From Rhynchopus sp. YZ270_cl-10 (taxonomy: Eukaryota): a stretch of DNA of 64,000 nt. Each line of letters begins with the position of its first letter. Position 1 is the first letter of the stretch. Positions 24,290 to 36,692 of the stretch are shown here, piece after piece. Location of the stretch: positions 992,001-1,056,000 of the forward strand of contig OZ037842.1 in NCBI GenBank assembly GCA_964035575.1. The letters run 5' to 3'. The notes below the pieces were generated by a model. The model was not told the DNA's origin and ran no database searches. It saw nothing but the letters and a program-made list of their open reading frames with translations. The position numbers and the translations under genes are program-made.

Positions 24290-25433
24290 CAGGCTTTGCG
24301 CTAATTTTTGGCCCTTGGCCCGGGATTTTTGGATATTTTTGTGGTGCGTTTTTTTTTTTTGCAAACCGGGGTTTCCTTAAGAAAACCAGAGAATCCCATA
24401 TTGCACAGTAAGGGTACTTTAGAGTGTTTTTGTACACACATGTGACCCCACCGTGGAGAGCAATCGGCTCGCGCAATCAAAAGAAAGCAGAGAAAAGGGA
24501 AAAGAAAAAAAGAAAAAAGTTGGGTACCGTGCGCCTGCGGCGCTACCTGTTCCCTACCCTACTTTATTTATAAATATGATGTACTTATGTACAGTGTTCA
24601 TTTTCTTTTGAGTACGACAATGCGCTGCTGAACCGTCTCCACCCTCGCTGCGTGAGAGCGGCACCCCCTCCGAGGCCACAACCATCCTGGTTTTTGTTCT
24701 CACTCTTCTCTGTGGTCACAGAAACCCCATAGCTTCTTCAGTACATTGGTGTTTCCAGTCAAAACACCACAATTTCACGCCAAGTTGGGTTTTCAGACTG
24801 AAAATGACCCTTGTTTACGAGTATGGGTTCATATTTTGTGAAAATTTAAGTCACTGAAATTTTGCCCATTTTTCCGTATATCCCCCACCACAAGCCGGGA
24901 TTGGTTCGGAAATACCACAAAACGACCTCTTGGGCGGAAAAAAAGGAAATTTACGCACTTTTTGAGACCGGCGTTTCCTTACTAAAACCAGAGGAATCTC
25001 ATAGTTCATAGTAAGGGTACTTTAGAGTGTTTTTGTACACACATGTGACCCCACCGCGGAGAGCAATCGGCTCGCGCAATCAAAAGAAAGCAGAGAAAAG
25101 GGAAAAGAAAAAAAGAAAGAAGTTGGGTACCGTGCGCCTGCGGCGCTACCTGTTGCCAACAGCCAGTCAAAAACACCACAATTTCATCTGAATTTGGGTT
25201 TTCAGACTGAAAATGCCCCTTGTTTAGGAGTACGGGTTCATATTTTGTGAAAATTTAAGTCACTAAAATTTTGTCCATTTTCCCGAATATGCCCCACCAC
25301 AGCGCGGGATTGGCTCGGAAATGCCACAAAACACTGTTTTTTCACCCCCAGATGTAACCCTATTTGAGGTGCGTTTTTTTGGGCCCGGAACACGATTTTT
25401 CAGATTTTTTTCCAAAAGTTAGCGCGAAGCCTG
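24290..25433. mobile_element. hAT-like non-autonomous element A with internal duplication
   Basis: TIR CAGGCTTTGCGCTAATTTTT / AAAAGTTAGCGCGAAGCCTG. 8-bp TSD CTTCCGTC (24282-24289, 25434-25441). Internal blocks ~24380-24551 and ~24755-24925 recur at ~24982-25153 and ~25164-25332. Confidence 0.88.
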
Positions 25434-25440
25434 CTTCCGT

Positions 25441-26328
25441 CAGGGAAGTTCCTAAGTGGGACCGAGAACATGAAATTCTGGATTTTAGTTTTTTTTTCCT
25501 TTTTTTTTTTTCCTTTTTTCCTTAGGGGGCTTTGTTGTGGTTTCTGGTGGGTGTCACTGTAGGTGACACACCACCAGTGTGGTGAAATGGTCGAAACTCT
25601 CAAAAGCAAGAGTTTTCAGGGGGCAAGAAAAAAAAAATTGACAACAAAATCCTGCACCGTCCAGGGCTGTACCCCCAATTTATTTTTGCCTGCGGCGCCA
25701 TTTTTCATTTTTTGCTCTGCAAAAAAGTGTTCGTCAGAGGCTAGATTTTTACACCGTACCCAAAATTTTTTGCCTGCGGCGCCATTTATATTATTTTCTG
25801 CTCCGCAAACAGAGAAGTGTAAACGCCTCACCGTTCATCGGCGGAAGCACTGGTTCCACGGGTTATCGAACCCCAGAGAGCACTTCATTGGCATGCACAC
25901 GGTTACCACTAGGGAGCGTGTATGCAGGTACAAAATCACTGCCCCATCCAAATAATATTCCCAACGTCTTCGGGGATCCCCTTGCATTTTGCAGCCAAAA
26001 ATGCAACTAGGCCAAAGCTGCAAAAAGTTCCGCGCGCGTGCAGCGCGCCCGGGTTTGGGACCCCTTTTTGAATTTCGAGGGGCGGTTAAAGTGGGCCCAG
26101 AATCACAGTTCTGACACTCATTTAGCATTGTGAGCAACTCACTAGTGGTCGTAACCAAAATTTGTATCAATCAAGAACTTGTCCATTTTCTCGAAATGAC
26201 CCCACTACAGTGAGGGTAGAGCTCGGAAAGCCTGAAAAAGGGCAAAAAAACCCCACCCAAAAAAGGAAAAAAACGGGAACATAAATCCAGAATTTTGCTG
26301 TTTTTTCCGAGAACAAGGAACAACCCTG
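25441..26328. mobile_element. hAT-like non-autonomous element B, copy 2
   Basis: Near-identical to 16176-17038. CAGGGAAGTTCC / GGAACAACCCTG termini. TSD CCTTCCGT at 24281-24288 and 26329-26336, separated by element A. Confidence 0.9.
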
Positions 26329-28838
26329 CCTTCCGTACAAAAGGCTTCCGATATTGAGTACAGACCCTAGGTTACCCAAGCGGGTCCTTTGGGATTTTTT
26401 GTCGACACAAAACTACTAATTGAACGAATGAAGTTCCATTTTCTCCTTTTCTTTATATTACACAACACGGACATGTGGTATGTCTCTTTTTTTCACAAAA
26501 AAAGAGAGTTTTCCACGGTCCCAATGAGCTTCATCCCTCTCACGCTTTAGGTGACTAAACACCCATTTCTCTTTTATCATTTAACTCTGAATACCACGTA
26601 CCTTTGTGTTCTTAGCAAACTGCATCAAGAAAGCATTGCCACACCCTCCCCACAAACCTCTGGGATCTATCGCCAAATATGAGGTTTTACAACAGAACAA
26701 CAGGAAGGGATGAGGGTTAAGGCACGCTATTTAGCAACGCTTTTTAACGCTATAAACACAGAACCAAGCTTTTGCTTGGGCAAGGTGTTTTTTTTTCTCC
26801 TCTAGGATATTAGCGGCTCGCTTTTGTTTTCCTTCCTCTCACCGCTGTGCGTGGTTTTGGATATTTTGACTTTCACTCTATTTCTATGATTTTTGTTTTC
26901 CTTTCTCGTCTTCTTTGTGTTATTATGTCTGAGTTTTCACTCAATCTGATAGGAACAACTGTGTGTATCAAGGAGCAATTTGACAGAGAAAGGTAGTCTC
27001 TGAAAGTGGCAGTTGTGTGTGTATGTGTGTGTGGGGTCTTTTCTTGACAGATTTTTTTTGTGCAGATCGTGCATAGGGGCACATCCTTTCAAGGCTTTTT
27101 TTACTTCTTAATGCATGAGTTCGACTGAGATGTGTTTTAGCACGTTTCAACTATTCTTTCTTATGGCAGAGGAAGAAACCATGTGTCTAATAATGGCAGT
27201 GGGCACGTGTCTGCTGCCCCATGGTAGTGGTCTAAAGTAAAGAAAAAATCTTCTTTTTTTTGTTTGTTTTTGGCAGCGAAGTCAACCCAATTGCCCACCT
27301 AACCACATCTCTTGCTTGTCATATTTCTCGTTTCGCTGACGGGAAATGTGACCTTTTTATTTCAAAAAAAACACTGGGGTTTCGATAACCTACAGAGTGT
27401 CAGTGCCCGCTGTCCCAGAGGCTTTTGCACCGACAACTTTATTTTGTACCATTTTCGTTTTTTTGCATGACCTTTGCGAAGTGTCTTCTGCGGTTCGATA
27501 GCCAGAGTATTGTTGCGTTCCGTGAAGTCGTTTGCACTCCTTAAAGAAGTCTGCACAAGCGAGACATATTTAACGCCAATTAACAAAGTTATTATTTTGG
27601 TGACTAAGCACCCCCCAAGCTTAGGCTCATCTTACAAAAAAAAACCCTTTTCTCTTATTTTGCAATGCGCATCCTTTCGTGTTTTCTTCCCCTTCCTGTA
27701 CAATATGTGGAAAGGGGGAGATTCCTTTTAGTTGGCGAACCATCTCAATATGTGAGACCAGCTCATCTTTCAATTCTGTATTTTTTATTTTACTTTATTC
27801 CCTCCCCATCCCTTTCTACCAAATTCGAAAAAAAAATTAGTCTGGTGCGTAACATCTTTTTTGCAAACAAAAGATACTGACGTAGGTTTGGACATCCAGT
27901 CCCCGCATTTTATTGTGCTTTCATCCGGATGGCTGGCATCGTACGTGGGTCAGTCGGAGGTGCCTGCATTGATAACTTCACTTTATTTGAAATGTGTGGG
28001 ATAAAATGTGATGAATGAAGCGCATATTTTATTTTTTAAAAAAATTCCTTTTCATAAAGTCCCCTTATCAATACGAAACAGTATTTGAGGTACCTCAGGA
28101 AATGTTGGGCTATATTTCTAAACAAGATATAGTACTGCTTTTATTTGGGATCTTGTTTTTGATATTTGGTACTTTCGTGAGATATGCGCTGGCATATTCC
28201 TCTTCAAGCTTTTGTGTGATTTTTTTTTTGTGCCGTGTAAACCACTCATCCTCGATGTTTTCTATTTTATTTTTATTCGTGTCAAAATTTGTGTAGATAA
28301 AACCTGAGTAGGGCGAAAGTCATTATTTCCCTCTACCCTTTCCTCTTCAAGCTTTAAGTTATTCATACAATTTGCGGACAGGATATTTTTTGAAAGTGTC
28401 ATGTCGTTCGCTCACCCAACCATGCTGCCACAACCACCACCACCCAAACAGGTGAGAGATAATGTGTGTGGAAGCGTTAACGCATCAAACAACAAGAAGG
28501 GGGTGGGAACGACAAATGACACATATTTAAAATGCGATTTTCTTTTTTATTGATCAAGTTGTAATTGAACATCGCAATAAACAAATTTGTGGCCAGAACG
28601 GATTCGGTTTTTAATTTTTTTTTTTTTGGTTTTTTTTTTTTGTCTTTCGGTGACTAAACATGAGGCTAAGGTACCGCTTACCAACCTCTTCCCTTCTCTT
28701 TGAGTACCACCATATGTACAGTAATATTGGTCCTGATCCCGAATCCTTTTCCCCCCACAAATCAGATGTCAGAGACAATACAATCACATTTCTTTTTTTG
28801 AAGGGCGACGGAGCACGAGAGGCTTCGGTTCATCCAAC

Positions 28839-28886
<48 letters not shown>

Positions 28887-28899
28887 TTCGAATTTGTTA

Positions 28900-29153
28900 C
28901 TGGGGGGGGCCGAATAGTAGACCCCCCCTGAATAGTAGACCCCCCCTGTATAATTTTTTTCCCACATTTTACCACAACTACTCAAAACATGAAATCTGTT
29001 GCTTTATTGGACTCATCGGGCATTTTTGTGACCTGGACATGGGGGTCAGAATCCACTTTCGAGCACCTAAAATAGGGTAAAAAAAATTGGAGTCTAAAAT
29101 TTAGGGGGGGTCTACTATTCAAAGGGGGGGTCTACTATTCGACCCCCCCCCAG
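28900..29153. mobile_element. MITE, TA-flanked, long TIRs with internal direct repeats
   Basis: TA|CTGGGGGGGG..GAATAGTAGACCCCCC (x2) ... GGGGGGTCTACTATTC (x2)..CCCCCCCAG|TA. Confidence 0.85.
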
Positions 29154-29533
29154 TAACCACGAATTTTTGTGCAAACACTCCTTCCTCTCCTCCCTCGTCC
29201 TCCCTACTCCCCCCCCACGCGCCTTTCAATACCACAGAAAGAAGAAAGACAAACAAAACGAAAAAGAAAAATTACAGAAAAAACCCCAACCTTTTTCTCA
29301 CTTTTCCCTCTCTCTCCTGGTGTGATTCAGGGTACGGACAACGCATGGGAGAACCACAGAGAACTGCTTTGGGCTTTTATTAAGATTTGTGGAGCACCTT
29401 CGAGAGAACCACGGAATTCGTTTGGTGATCACATCATCTCCATATTTTTCCTCCCCACCCTGCACCTCTCACCACCTCACTACCTCACCACCTCGCCACT
29501 TAGCTACCCTTTGAATACACCTTTCAATTCAAT

Positions 29534-30790
29534 ATGTCTCTGCCCATTATAAAAGTGTGTGACATCCCTAAGGATTGTGCAGAGCCTGTGGATGCGAAGG
29601 CTTTGGAGCAGGCATCGGTGATTGTGAATGACATTCGTTCAGGCGGAGAGGCGAAGGTGCGTGAGTGGGCAGAGCGTTTGAAGGATGTGCCTGAAGGGGG
29701 TGCGTTGTACGCGAGCAAGGCAGAGATGAAGGAGGCGTATGACGAGCTGTCCGAAGGCGTGCAGGAGTTGCTTCAGCGGACTGCGGGGCGCATTCGTGCC
29801 TTTGCCGACAAACAGCGCAACAGCGTGACGGACATGAAGATGCCCATCCCCGGTGGCTTCGCAGGCCACGAAGTCGCCCCCGTGAAGTGTGCAGGCTGCT
29901 ACGCACCAGGCGGCCGGTACCCCCTCCCTTCCTCGGTCCTCATGACAGCGGTCACCGCACGCTCTGCAGGGGTGGAGGAGGTGTGGGTGGCAAGCCCGCG
30001 TCCAAGCAACGTTACGCTTGCAGCTGCGCACGTTGCAGGGGCAGATGGGTTTCTGAGGGTAGGCGGTGCGCAGGCCATCGCATCGCTCGCAGAGGGTGTG
30101 GGGTGCGAGGCTGCCGATGTCATTGTCGGCCCTGGCAACAAATGGGTGACAGCAGCAAAGAGCCTTGTACAGGGGAAGTGCAGTATCGACATGCTTGCAG
30201 GGCCTTCTGAAGTGCTTGTCATCTGCGATGAGACGTGCTGCCCAAAGACCATCGCCGCAGACCTGCTTGCCCAAGCCGAGCACGACACCGACGCACGCCC
30301 AATTCTTCTGTGCACCGATGCAGACACAGCGCACGCGATCATAGCCGAGGTTGACACCCAGCTTGCAGTGCTCCCCACCAAGGACACTGCCGTGGAGGCA
30401 GTCAAGAAGGGGTTCTGTGTTCTCGTCGACACAATTGAGGAAGCAGTCAAGATCAGCGACTCCATCGGGCCAGAGCACCTCGAAATACAGACAAAAGACC
30501 CCGAGAAGGTGGGGCGGTCTTGCTCTAGCTATGGTGGGCTGTTCATTGGCCAGTCTGCGGCTGAGGTGCTGGGCGACTACGGTGCAGGCCCCAACCACGT
30601 TCTCCCGACAGGCGGTACCTCGCGCTACACCGGTGGGCTCTCTGTCTTCAACTTCCTGAGAATTCGTACCTGGATGTCGATTGATTCGAAAGAAGATTCA
30701 CAGCAGTTGGTCAAAGATGCAGTGGAATTGGCAAGATTAGAAGGATTGGAAGGGCACGCCCGTGCAGCTGAGGCAAGGCTGTTGAAGTAG
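29534..30790 (+). CDS. hisD: Histidinol dehydrogenase (monofunctional)
   Basis: YAPGGRYPLPSSVLM, GGAQAIA, GPGNKWV, IDMLAGPSE, DLLAQAEH, PEHLE, GDYGAGPNHVLPT, LARLEGLEGHARA. Confidence 0.96.
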   Translation: MSLPIIKVCDIPKDCAEPVDAKALEQASVIVNDIRSGGEAKVREWAERLKDVPEGGALYASKAEMKEAYDELSEGVQELLQRTAGRIRAFADKQRNSVTDMKMPIPGGFAGHEVAPVKCAGCYAPGGRYPLPSSVLMTAVTARSAGVEEVWVASPRPSNVTLAAAHVAGADGFLRVGGAQAIASLAEGVGCEAADVIVGPGNKWVTAAKSLVQGKCSIDMLAGPSEVLVICDETCCPKTIAADLLAQAEHDTDARPILLCTDADTAHAIIAEVDTQLAVLPTKDTAVEAVKKGFCVLVDTIEEAVKISDSIGPEHLEIQTKDPEKVGRSCSSYGGLFIGQSAAEVLGDYGAGPNHVLPTGGTSRYTGGLSVFNFLRIRTWMSIDSKEDSQQLVKDAVELARLEGLEGHARAAEARLLK

Positions 30791-32256
30791 CCTGAGCAGA
30801 TGCAAATGCAATCTGATTCAAATGTGATCACCAGAAGTGACAACATCAGAAAATATAAAAGAACACCAACGAAGTTGTTATGCTAGATTCTATGTGATGT
30901 GCACACCTTAAAAGAAAAAGAAAAAAATAACGCGCAATGTGAAAGGTTCTGTGCCAGCTGTGTATTATAAAACACAAACGTAGGACGTATTATCTCTACG
31001 TCAACCTCCCTTATTCCACCCCTTTTCCCCGTACGTTTTGCTGCCTCGATTTTCTGTGAATTTTTTGTGTCATTACGAAGCTCAGTTTGATAAACCCGTG
31101 TGAATATGCTGATATGGGATACAACTGACTAAGGGTGATTGTTTTTGTAAACTGCCTTTAGTTTTTACTCATGGAAGCAGGTGGCAACGTGGGGGAAACA
31201 ACGCATCTATGGTTGCATTGTTGTTTTATTATTTTTTGCTTTGCAATTTGTGCCCATCTTCCGTTTTGTTTTATTTTGAAGGGCAGTCAGCGGAAAAATA
31301 AACCCTCGACACAACCTTGTGTACCTAACATTTGAAGGTGACTCAGCGCTTAGATTCATCGAACCTTGCCTTTTTTTTTTCTTTCGATAAACCCGCGGAG
31401 GTTCGGTGCCTGCGTCCACAGAGACGTTTCCACTTACAACTTCCATTTTTTTTTTTTTTTTGTGTGAATGATACCCTGTCAAATTCTTGCAACCATTTGT
31501 GAAGGACCTGTCAAAGGACCTATCGAAGATTTGTCAGCTTTTTGCTAGTGGCTACCATTGAAGCAAACCCTTTTTTAAAGGCGACTAATCACTATGAGGC
31601 TCAGGTTCCTCTTATAAACGTTTTTTGTTTTCGTTTTTTTGTTTATTTTGTGTAGATGTGTGCATGAGAGACATCTTTCAAGTTTTTTTTTTTTGACTAA
31701 ATCCTACGTGCCATCCACTGGAGGCAACAGTGGGACCGAGTACCCCAAAACGTCTTTGATTTTAGTGAAAAAAAAGAGCGAGTGAAAGACACATACCGTC
31801 CCCATTAGATAGCGCTCAGTTGTGAAATAACGAGCTTGGCTGTCCTTCCCTCCCCTTCCCATCCCTATTTCTTTGTACACTAGCCTTTCTGGCAGTGGCA
31901 TGGAAAGGAATGGGAAAACAGCAGTTTATAGAATCGAATCTGTTGTGACAGCAGGACAGTTCGATATCTTTGCGACACTTCCCTACCCCCACCCACCCTC
32001 CCTGTTAGTCTCTTTTCACTCTACCTCTTTTCAAAAAATATTTTCTTCTTTTCTCCTGCCTCTTTCGGCAATTCATTTCTCAAATCCATATTTTTTATAC
32101 CCTCTTTTTCCTCCACCACCCCCTCCCCCTCCCCTTTCCCCCACCACATTTTCAGGAATGAAAAACGAGAGTATGGCTGGTTAGAAGAAGTTTGAAGATA
32201 TTTTAATTACCAAAAAAATTGATAAAACGCAACCAAAACCCATATGGTCTGAGGGG

Positions 32257-33779
32257 ATGACGAGCAGAACTATGCACACCACAGTTACTACGTTGTCTAC
32301 AACTATCATCGGTGTATGTGGGGTGCGGCAGGTGGAGGAGCGACCGGTTTCGCTTCATGTTGTTGTTGAGGTTTGTGGAGAGGTTCGTACGACGAGCCCG
32401 GCGCGCGCTGTACAGCACGCTGCGTCTCATGCCCTGGCTGCAACCTTTGACCACACCACATCCTTTCCTGTGCACGGCGCTGAGGCGGTCACCCTCTCCC
32501 TCTACGGCGGTGCACGCCTTCTTGGCAAAGCCGTCTTCGAAGCAACACCCTCCGGAGCAAACCGCAAACACAACATCCCCTTGCTCGGGTCCGGCGGAGA
32601 GGTGCATATCATCTACTCCCTCGGGGAGGCTACCGTGCACAACAGACGCACCCAAGCAATACGGCCACACTCCGCACTTCGTCGTGGCAGCAGTCGTGGA
32701 CAAAGAAATGAGAGTTTCGACGCCGTCGATGTAGAACCACTGCACGACCCCTGTATAGACCGTGGGCCTGGGGTGTTGAGTATTCATGTGACAGGGTTGC
32801 GGGCGGAGGGTGGGGGTGGAGGGTTGTTCCCCACAATGATGTCAGTGTCGGTTGCGTATGCAGGCTGCGAACGGCATGGGACAGCAGGGACGGTTGGTGG
32901 TGGCAGAAAGCCGAAGGCAGCAAAGAAGCTTGACATGAAGTCCGACTTTGATTTGGTGTACAGCGATGCTGCCCGATATGTGCACTTCACGGTGTGGGGG
33001 AGAGGTGGCGGGGCTACAAGCACCAACACCACAAAGCCACCCTGCCTCTACGAAAAGAAGCAGCTTGGCACCGTACGTTGGCCTCTACGCAACTCTGTAG
33101 GGAAACAAACCGCGACCGCACTCGCAGAAGGGTATGCAGATTGCTTCCCCCCTATTTTTTGATAAAGCAACTTGTTTTCAATTCCAAAAAGATTGGAGGC
33201 AGCGCTGCGGGCAAACAAAACGGATTGAAAAAGACAGAAGGTGGCTTGTTCTTTGGGTACTCAATTATTTTCCGGCTTTGAGTGCAAACAAAAGACCCGA
33301 TCTTTTTTTTAAAGATTTTGGCGTATAAATAGTAAATTACAGCCAGCCAACTTCTTGTTGATGCACTATCGGCTAAGGCGCCAACCTTTCTCATTTACAT
33401 ACCTTTTCTGGGGTTTTTACGATATGGATGAGGTCATCTTACCTTCCCCCTTCCTAACAACACATATTACAGATTTGAGATCACGTTTACCTGCAGCATT
33501 ACGTACCAACGCACGCTTCAGGAGGGTTCTTCAGGGAGGCCTACGTCAGCGTATCCCAAGAAGAGGCTGCAGGCGTTTGACGTAAAGCAGGCGGTTCAAG
33601 TCATGGACGGCGAGACGAACCACCTCCTCGAGCGAGCGGACCGCCCCCTCAGTGCCGACGAGGTTGAGCTGGACTTCGACAAGCAGGACACATCCGTGCA
33701 AGACACAGCCCCCTTCCTCTCGAATATGCTCACACAATGGAATTCGTCTTCGCAGCAGCGACAACGGAGGGAGTGGTGA
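32257..33779 (+). CDS. Hypothetical protein with two C2-like domains, 2 exons
   Basis: Exons 32257-33131 and 33473-33779 (GTATGC...TTACAG) join in frame (..ALAEG|FEITFTC..). Beta-rich segments VTLSLY..LLGKAVF and VHFTVW..LGTVRWPL are C2-like. Confidence 0.72.
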
Positions 33780-34892
33780 AAAGGTGGTACTCATGCGACC
33801 CCAAGCGAGCTGGGATTTGAAAGGATTTGTTTTGAGAAGGGGGATGTGCGTGTTTCCTGCTTGCGTTTTCGTCAAAATCACTGCAACCTTTTCCAAGGTA
33901 AACAGTTGGCGCGTCGCACCCCATACTTACCCCCAACCCTATACACGAGATTTGTATTTATTTTTTTGTCCCTGTGAGGGGGCATTTTTACGATTGCGAC
34001 GAAAGTGTTTGTATTTGAAAAAAAAGCAATATTGCTTAGGTGACCTGAACACGAGGCTTGGGTCATCTTCACCAGCTTTTCTTCGTTTTAACATGCCCCC
34101 CTTTTTTTTGTTTTGTTCTCAAGGGGATGGGCCTTTGCCATTTTCTTTGCAGTCATTCTGTACGGCATACTTGGTAAAGCAAAGTCCACTACCCCTTGCT
34201 CGGCTGTTAATGTTTTCTTTTTTTTATCCTTTTTTGTTTTTGCTCCACCCCCATGATTTATGAAGTGCTACGAAAGAACTGCTGATGCACAAAGAAGAAT
34301 CATCATTGTCCATCAGTAGTTGCTTATCATTGAAGAAAGGCGAGGTACGACCTTACTGAAGCAAGTTTTCTCAAGTTCTGCTTTGGTAAAGGCTATTTTC
34401 TTAAGGTGACTGAACACAGTTGTAGATTCACTTTGCCATCCTTTCTCTCTTGTTCTTTTGCCCGTAAAATATGTGACCCACGGTAATTAGACCCACACTG
34501 CCAAAAATGGGTGCTCATTCGGTTAAGTTGGGTGCTTTTTTGTGTCACCACGTTTTCCCCGATACTTGTTTCCTGTATTTCACAATCTTATGTACGCACT
34601 CCGTGGTACTTCCCGCCACTTTCGCATAATGTGAACCACAACCCCCACACACCATCCCTCTTCCACCCCTAACACCACGTTGTGAACGAAGCCCCCCCAA
34701 AATGCCATAAACGCTGCAAAATAAAACGAATTCTATTTTCTTTTGTACACTTCTGTTGTAGTCCGCAGGGTACTTTCATAATGCTTTCATCCGAGACTGT
34801 CATCGGGCAATCAGAGGTGCCTGCATCAATAACTTCCCTTTTTTTTTTTCTCTACTTACCCCCGCGCTACAGGGTTGTTTTTCCAAAAAATC

Positions 34893-35780
34893 ATGGTTGA
34901 TACGATTGTGAAAAGCGTGAAGGATGATTGTAAAGTAGTGGAGTTTATAAAGGAATGTTGCAGGAGTCTACGGTTTCGCACTGATACGTTGACGACAGCG
35001 TGTGTGTTGTATCATCGGGTGCGGGAGTGTGATGCTGCGGCTGATGGGTTTGAGGTGGCAGCATGTTGTATGTTCATTGCGGGGAAGGTGGAGAATCATT
35101 TTAGAAAGGCGCGGGATGTGGTCAATGTGTGTCATTGGGTGGAGCACGGGGAGGTGCTGGACATAGGGGATACGCTGTTTGATGGGAAGGAGGTGCTCTT
35201 TAACCGTGAGAAGGTGGTGCTGCGTCAGCTCGGATTTGACTGTCGTGTGGCAAAGCCGCATGCCTACCTTTTGCAGTTCGTGCAAGCCTTCTGCACCCCT
35301 GCCCTTGGCGCAAGGTGTGCGCAGCTCGCATGCATCTTCCTCAACGATGCCCTCGCAGCTCCCTTCTGTGCGCACCACCCCGCACCGCTGCTCGCCGCCG
35401 GAGCTCTCCACGCAGCCGAAATCGTTCTCGGGTGCTACTCACAAACTGCAAACCCCCTCTGGCCGTCTTCCATCCCGCTCCCTCTCGAAGAGGTGCGTGC
35501 CGTCTGTTCGAAGTTCTTTCAGCTCTACCACACCAATGTGGACCGTTGCATGTACACAATAACAGAAGACGCGAAAGAGTTCCGAAAGGCGCTCTACAAA
35601 TTAGGTGATGTCTGTGGGGTGTGGGGAGACGACGCAGTGCAGCAGGTGTTGGGGTGTGTCGGGTGGCTTGTAACTGCGGCTGCCGACGGTGCGCTTCTGC
35701 TCGTGGTGGATGTGAATGCAGGGGGTGGGGGTGCAGATGGGTACGTCATCCGCTGGGTGCCGTACCTCTGTGTGTCGTGA
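34893..35780 (+). CDS. Transcription-type cyclin (cyclin K/L/Q-like); 3' end uncertain after ~35604
   Basis: TACVLYHR, CMFIAGKVEN..RKARDVVNV, EKVVLRQLGFD, PHAYLL, FLND. Composition becomes G/T-rich and non-coding-like after 35604. Confidence 0.85.
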   Translation: MVDTIVKSVKDDCKVVEFIKECCRSLRFRTDTLTTACVLYHRVRECDAAADGFEVAACCMFIAGKVENHFRKARDVVNVCHWVEHGEVLDIGDTLFDGKEVLFNREKVVLRQLGFDCRVAKPHAYLLQFVQAFCTPALGARCAQLACIFLNDALAAPFCAHHPAPLLAAGALHAAEIVLGCYSQTANPLWPSSIPLPLEEVRAVCSKFFQLYHTNVDRCMYTITEDAKEFRKALYKLGDVCGVWGDDAVQQVLGCVGWLVTAAADGALLLVVDVNAGGGGADGYVIRWVPYLCVS

Positions 35781-36692
35781 GGGGGGTAGGGTGGGCAGGG
35801 GAGGGTGGCGTTGCAGCCACCCTGACGCTTTCCTGTTTGTACAGATTAGCGTAAAGGAAGGCACAGCAGTGTACAAAAAATGGGTCAGGCATGATAGCAG
35901 CAGTGCAGGTAGGTCTTATATTTGAAATCCTCTCTTTCGAGGGTGCAGCAGCATCAGAACGATTGTGGGTGGGGTGGGGTGCATGGGGTGGGGTGGATGT
36001 TCGTTGATTCAACACCGTTGATTCAGCATGATTTGGAGTCTGGCGAAGCTTGCGAAAGGGGTGATGAGGATCTGTGCTTGAAGAGGGGAGGGTGTGGGAG
36101 GGGAAGGTGTGCTGGTCTTGTGTTGCACGGTGGCAGCAGTGCTGCCCAACAGCCTCGGGTCTCAGCCTGCTGGCGGTGTGCCGTGCTTGGATGGAGCAGT
36201 TCTTGGTGCAGCAACGCTGCAGCATTGGCTGCTCAGTCTCAGTATTGCATGTCGCCCGATGGCGGAAGCACGTTGCATGTGGTGGTGAGGTTTGCTCAGG
36301 TGGGTCTGTTGCAGCGCATGGCACGACCACACGCACATTGGTGCATGTGTGTCTCGCAAGCATGCTTTCAGAAGTTGTGGTCCATCACTCAAGAACAGCA
36401 CTTCCCTCACACGGATGGAGCGTGTCAGGGTGAATGACTGCTGCTTTGCTGAACCAAAGCATACACGGCTGAGTTGGGTGGGGTGGGGTTTGGGAAGGGA
36501 TGTCTGATCTGAGTTGTTGTGCTGAGTGCAATGTGCACGAAGTGTGCAGGTGGTTTGGACGATGAACGTTGAGGGAAGGAGAGAAGAGGAGAGGATGGGA
36601 TGAGATGAGAAGGATGCCAGAGTTGTTAGTTTGTGCGGAGAGTGGGTTGGTAGAGGGGTGGGGTGGGGGAAGACGTGTGCTGAAAGAAGACC

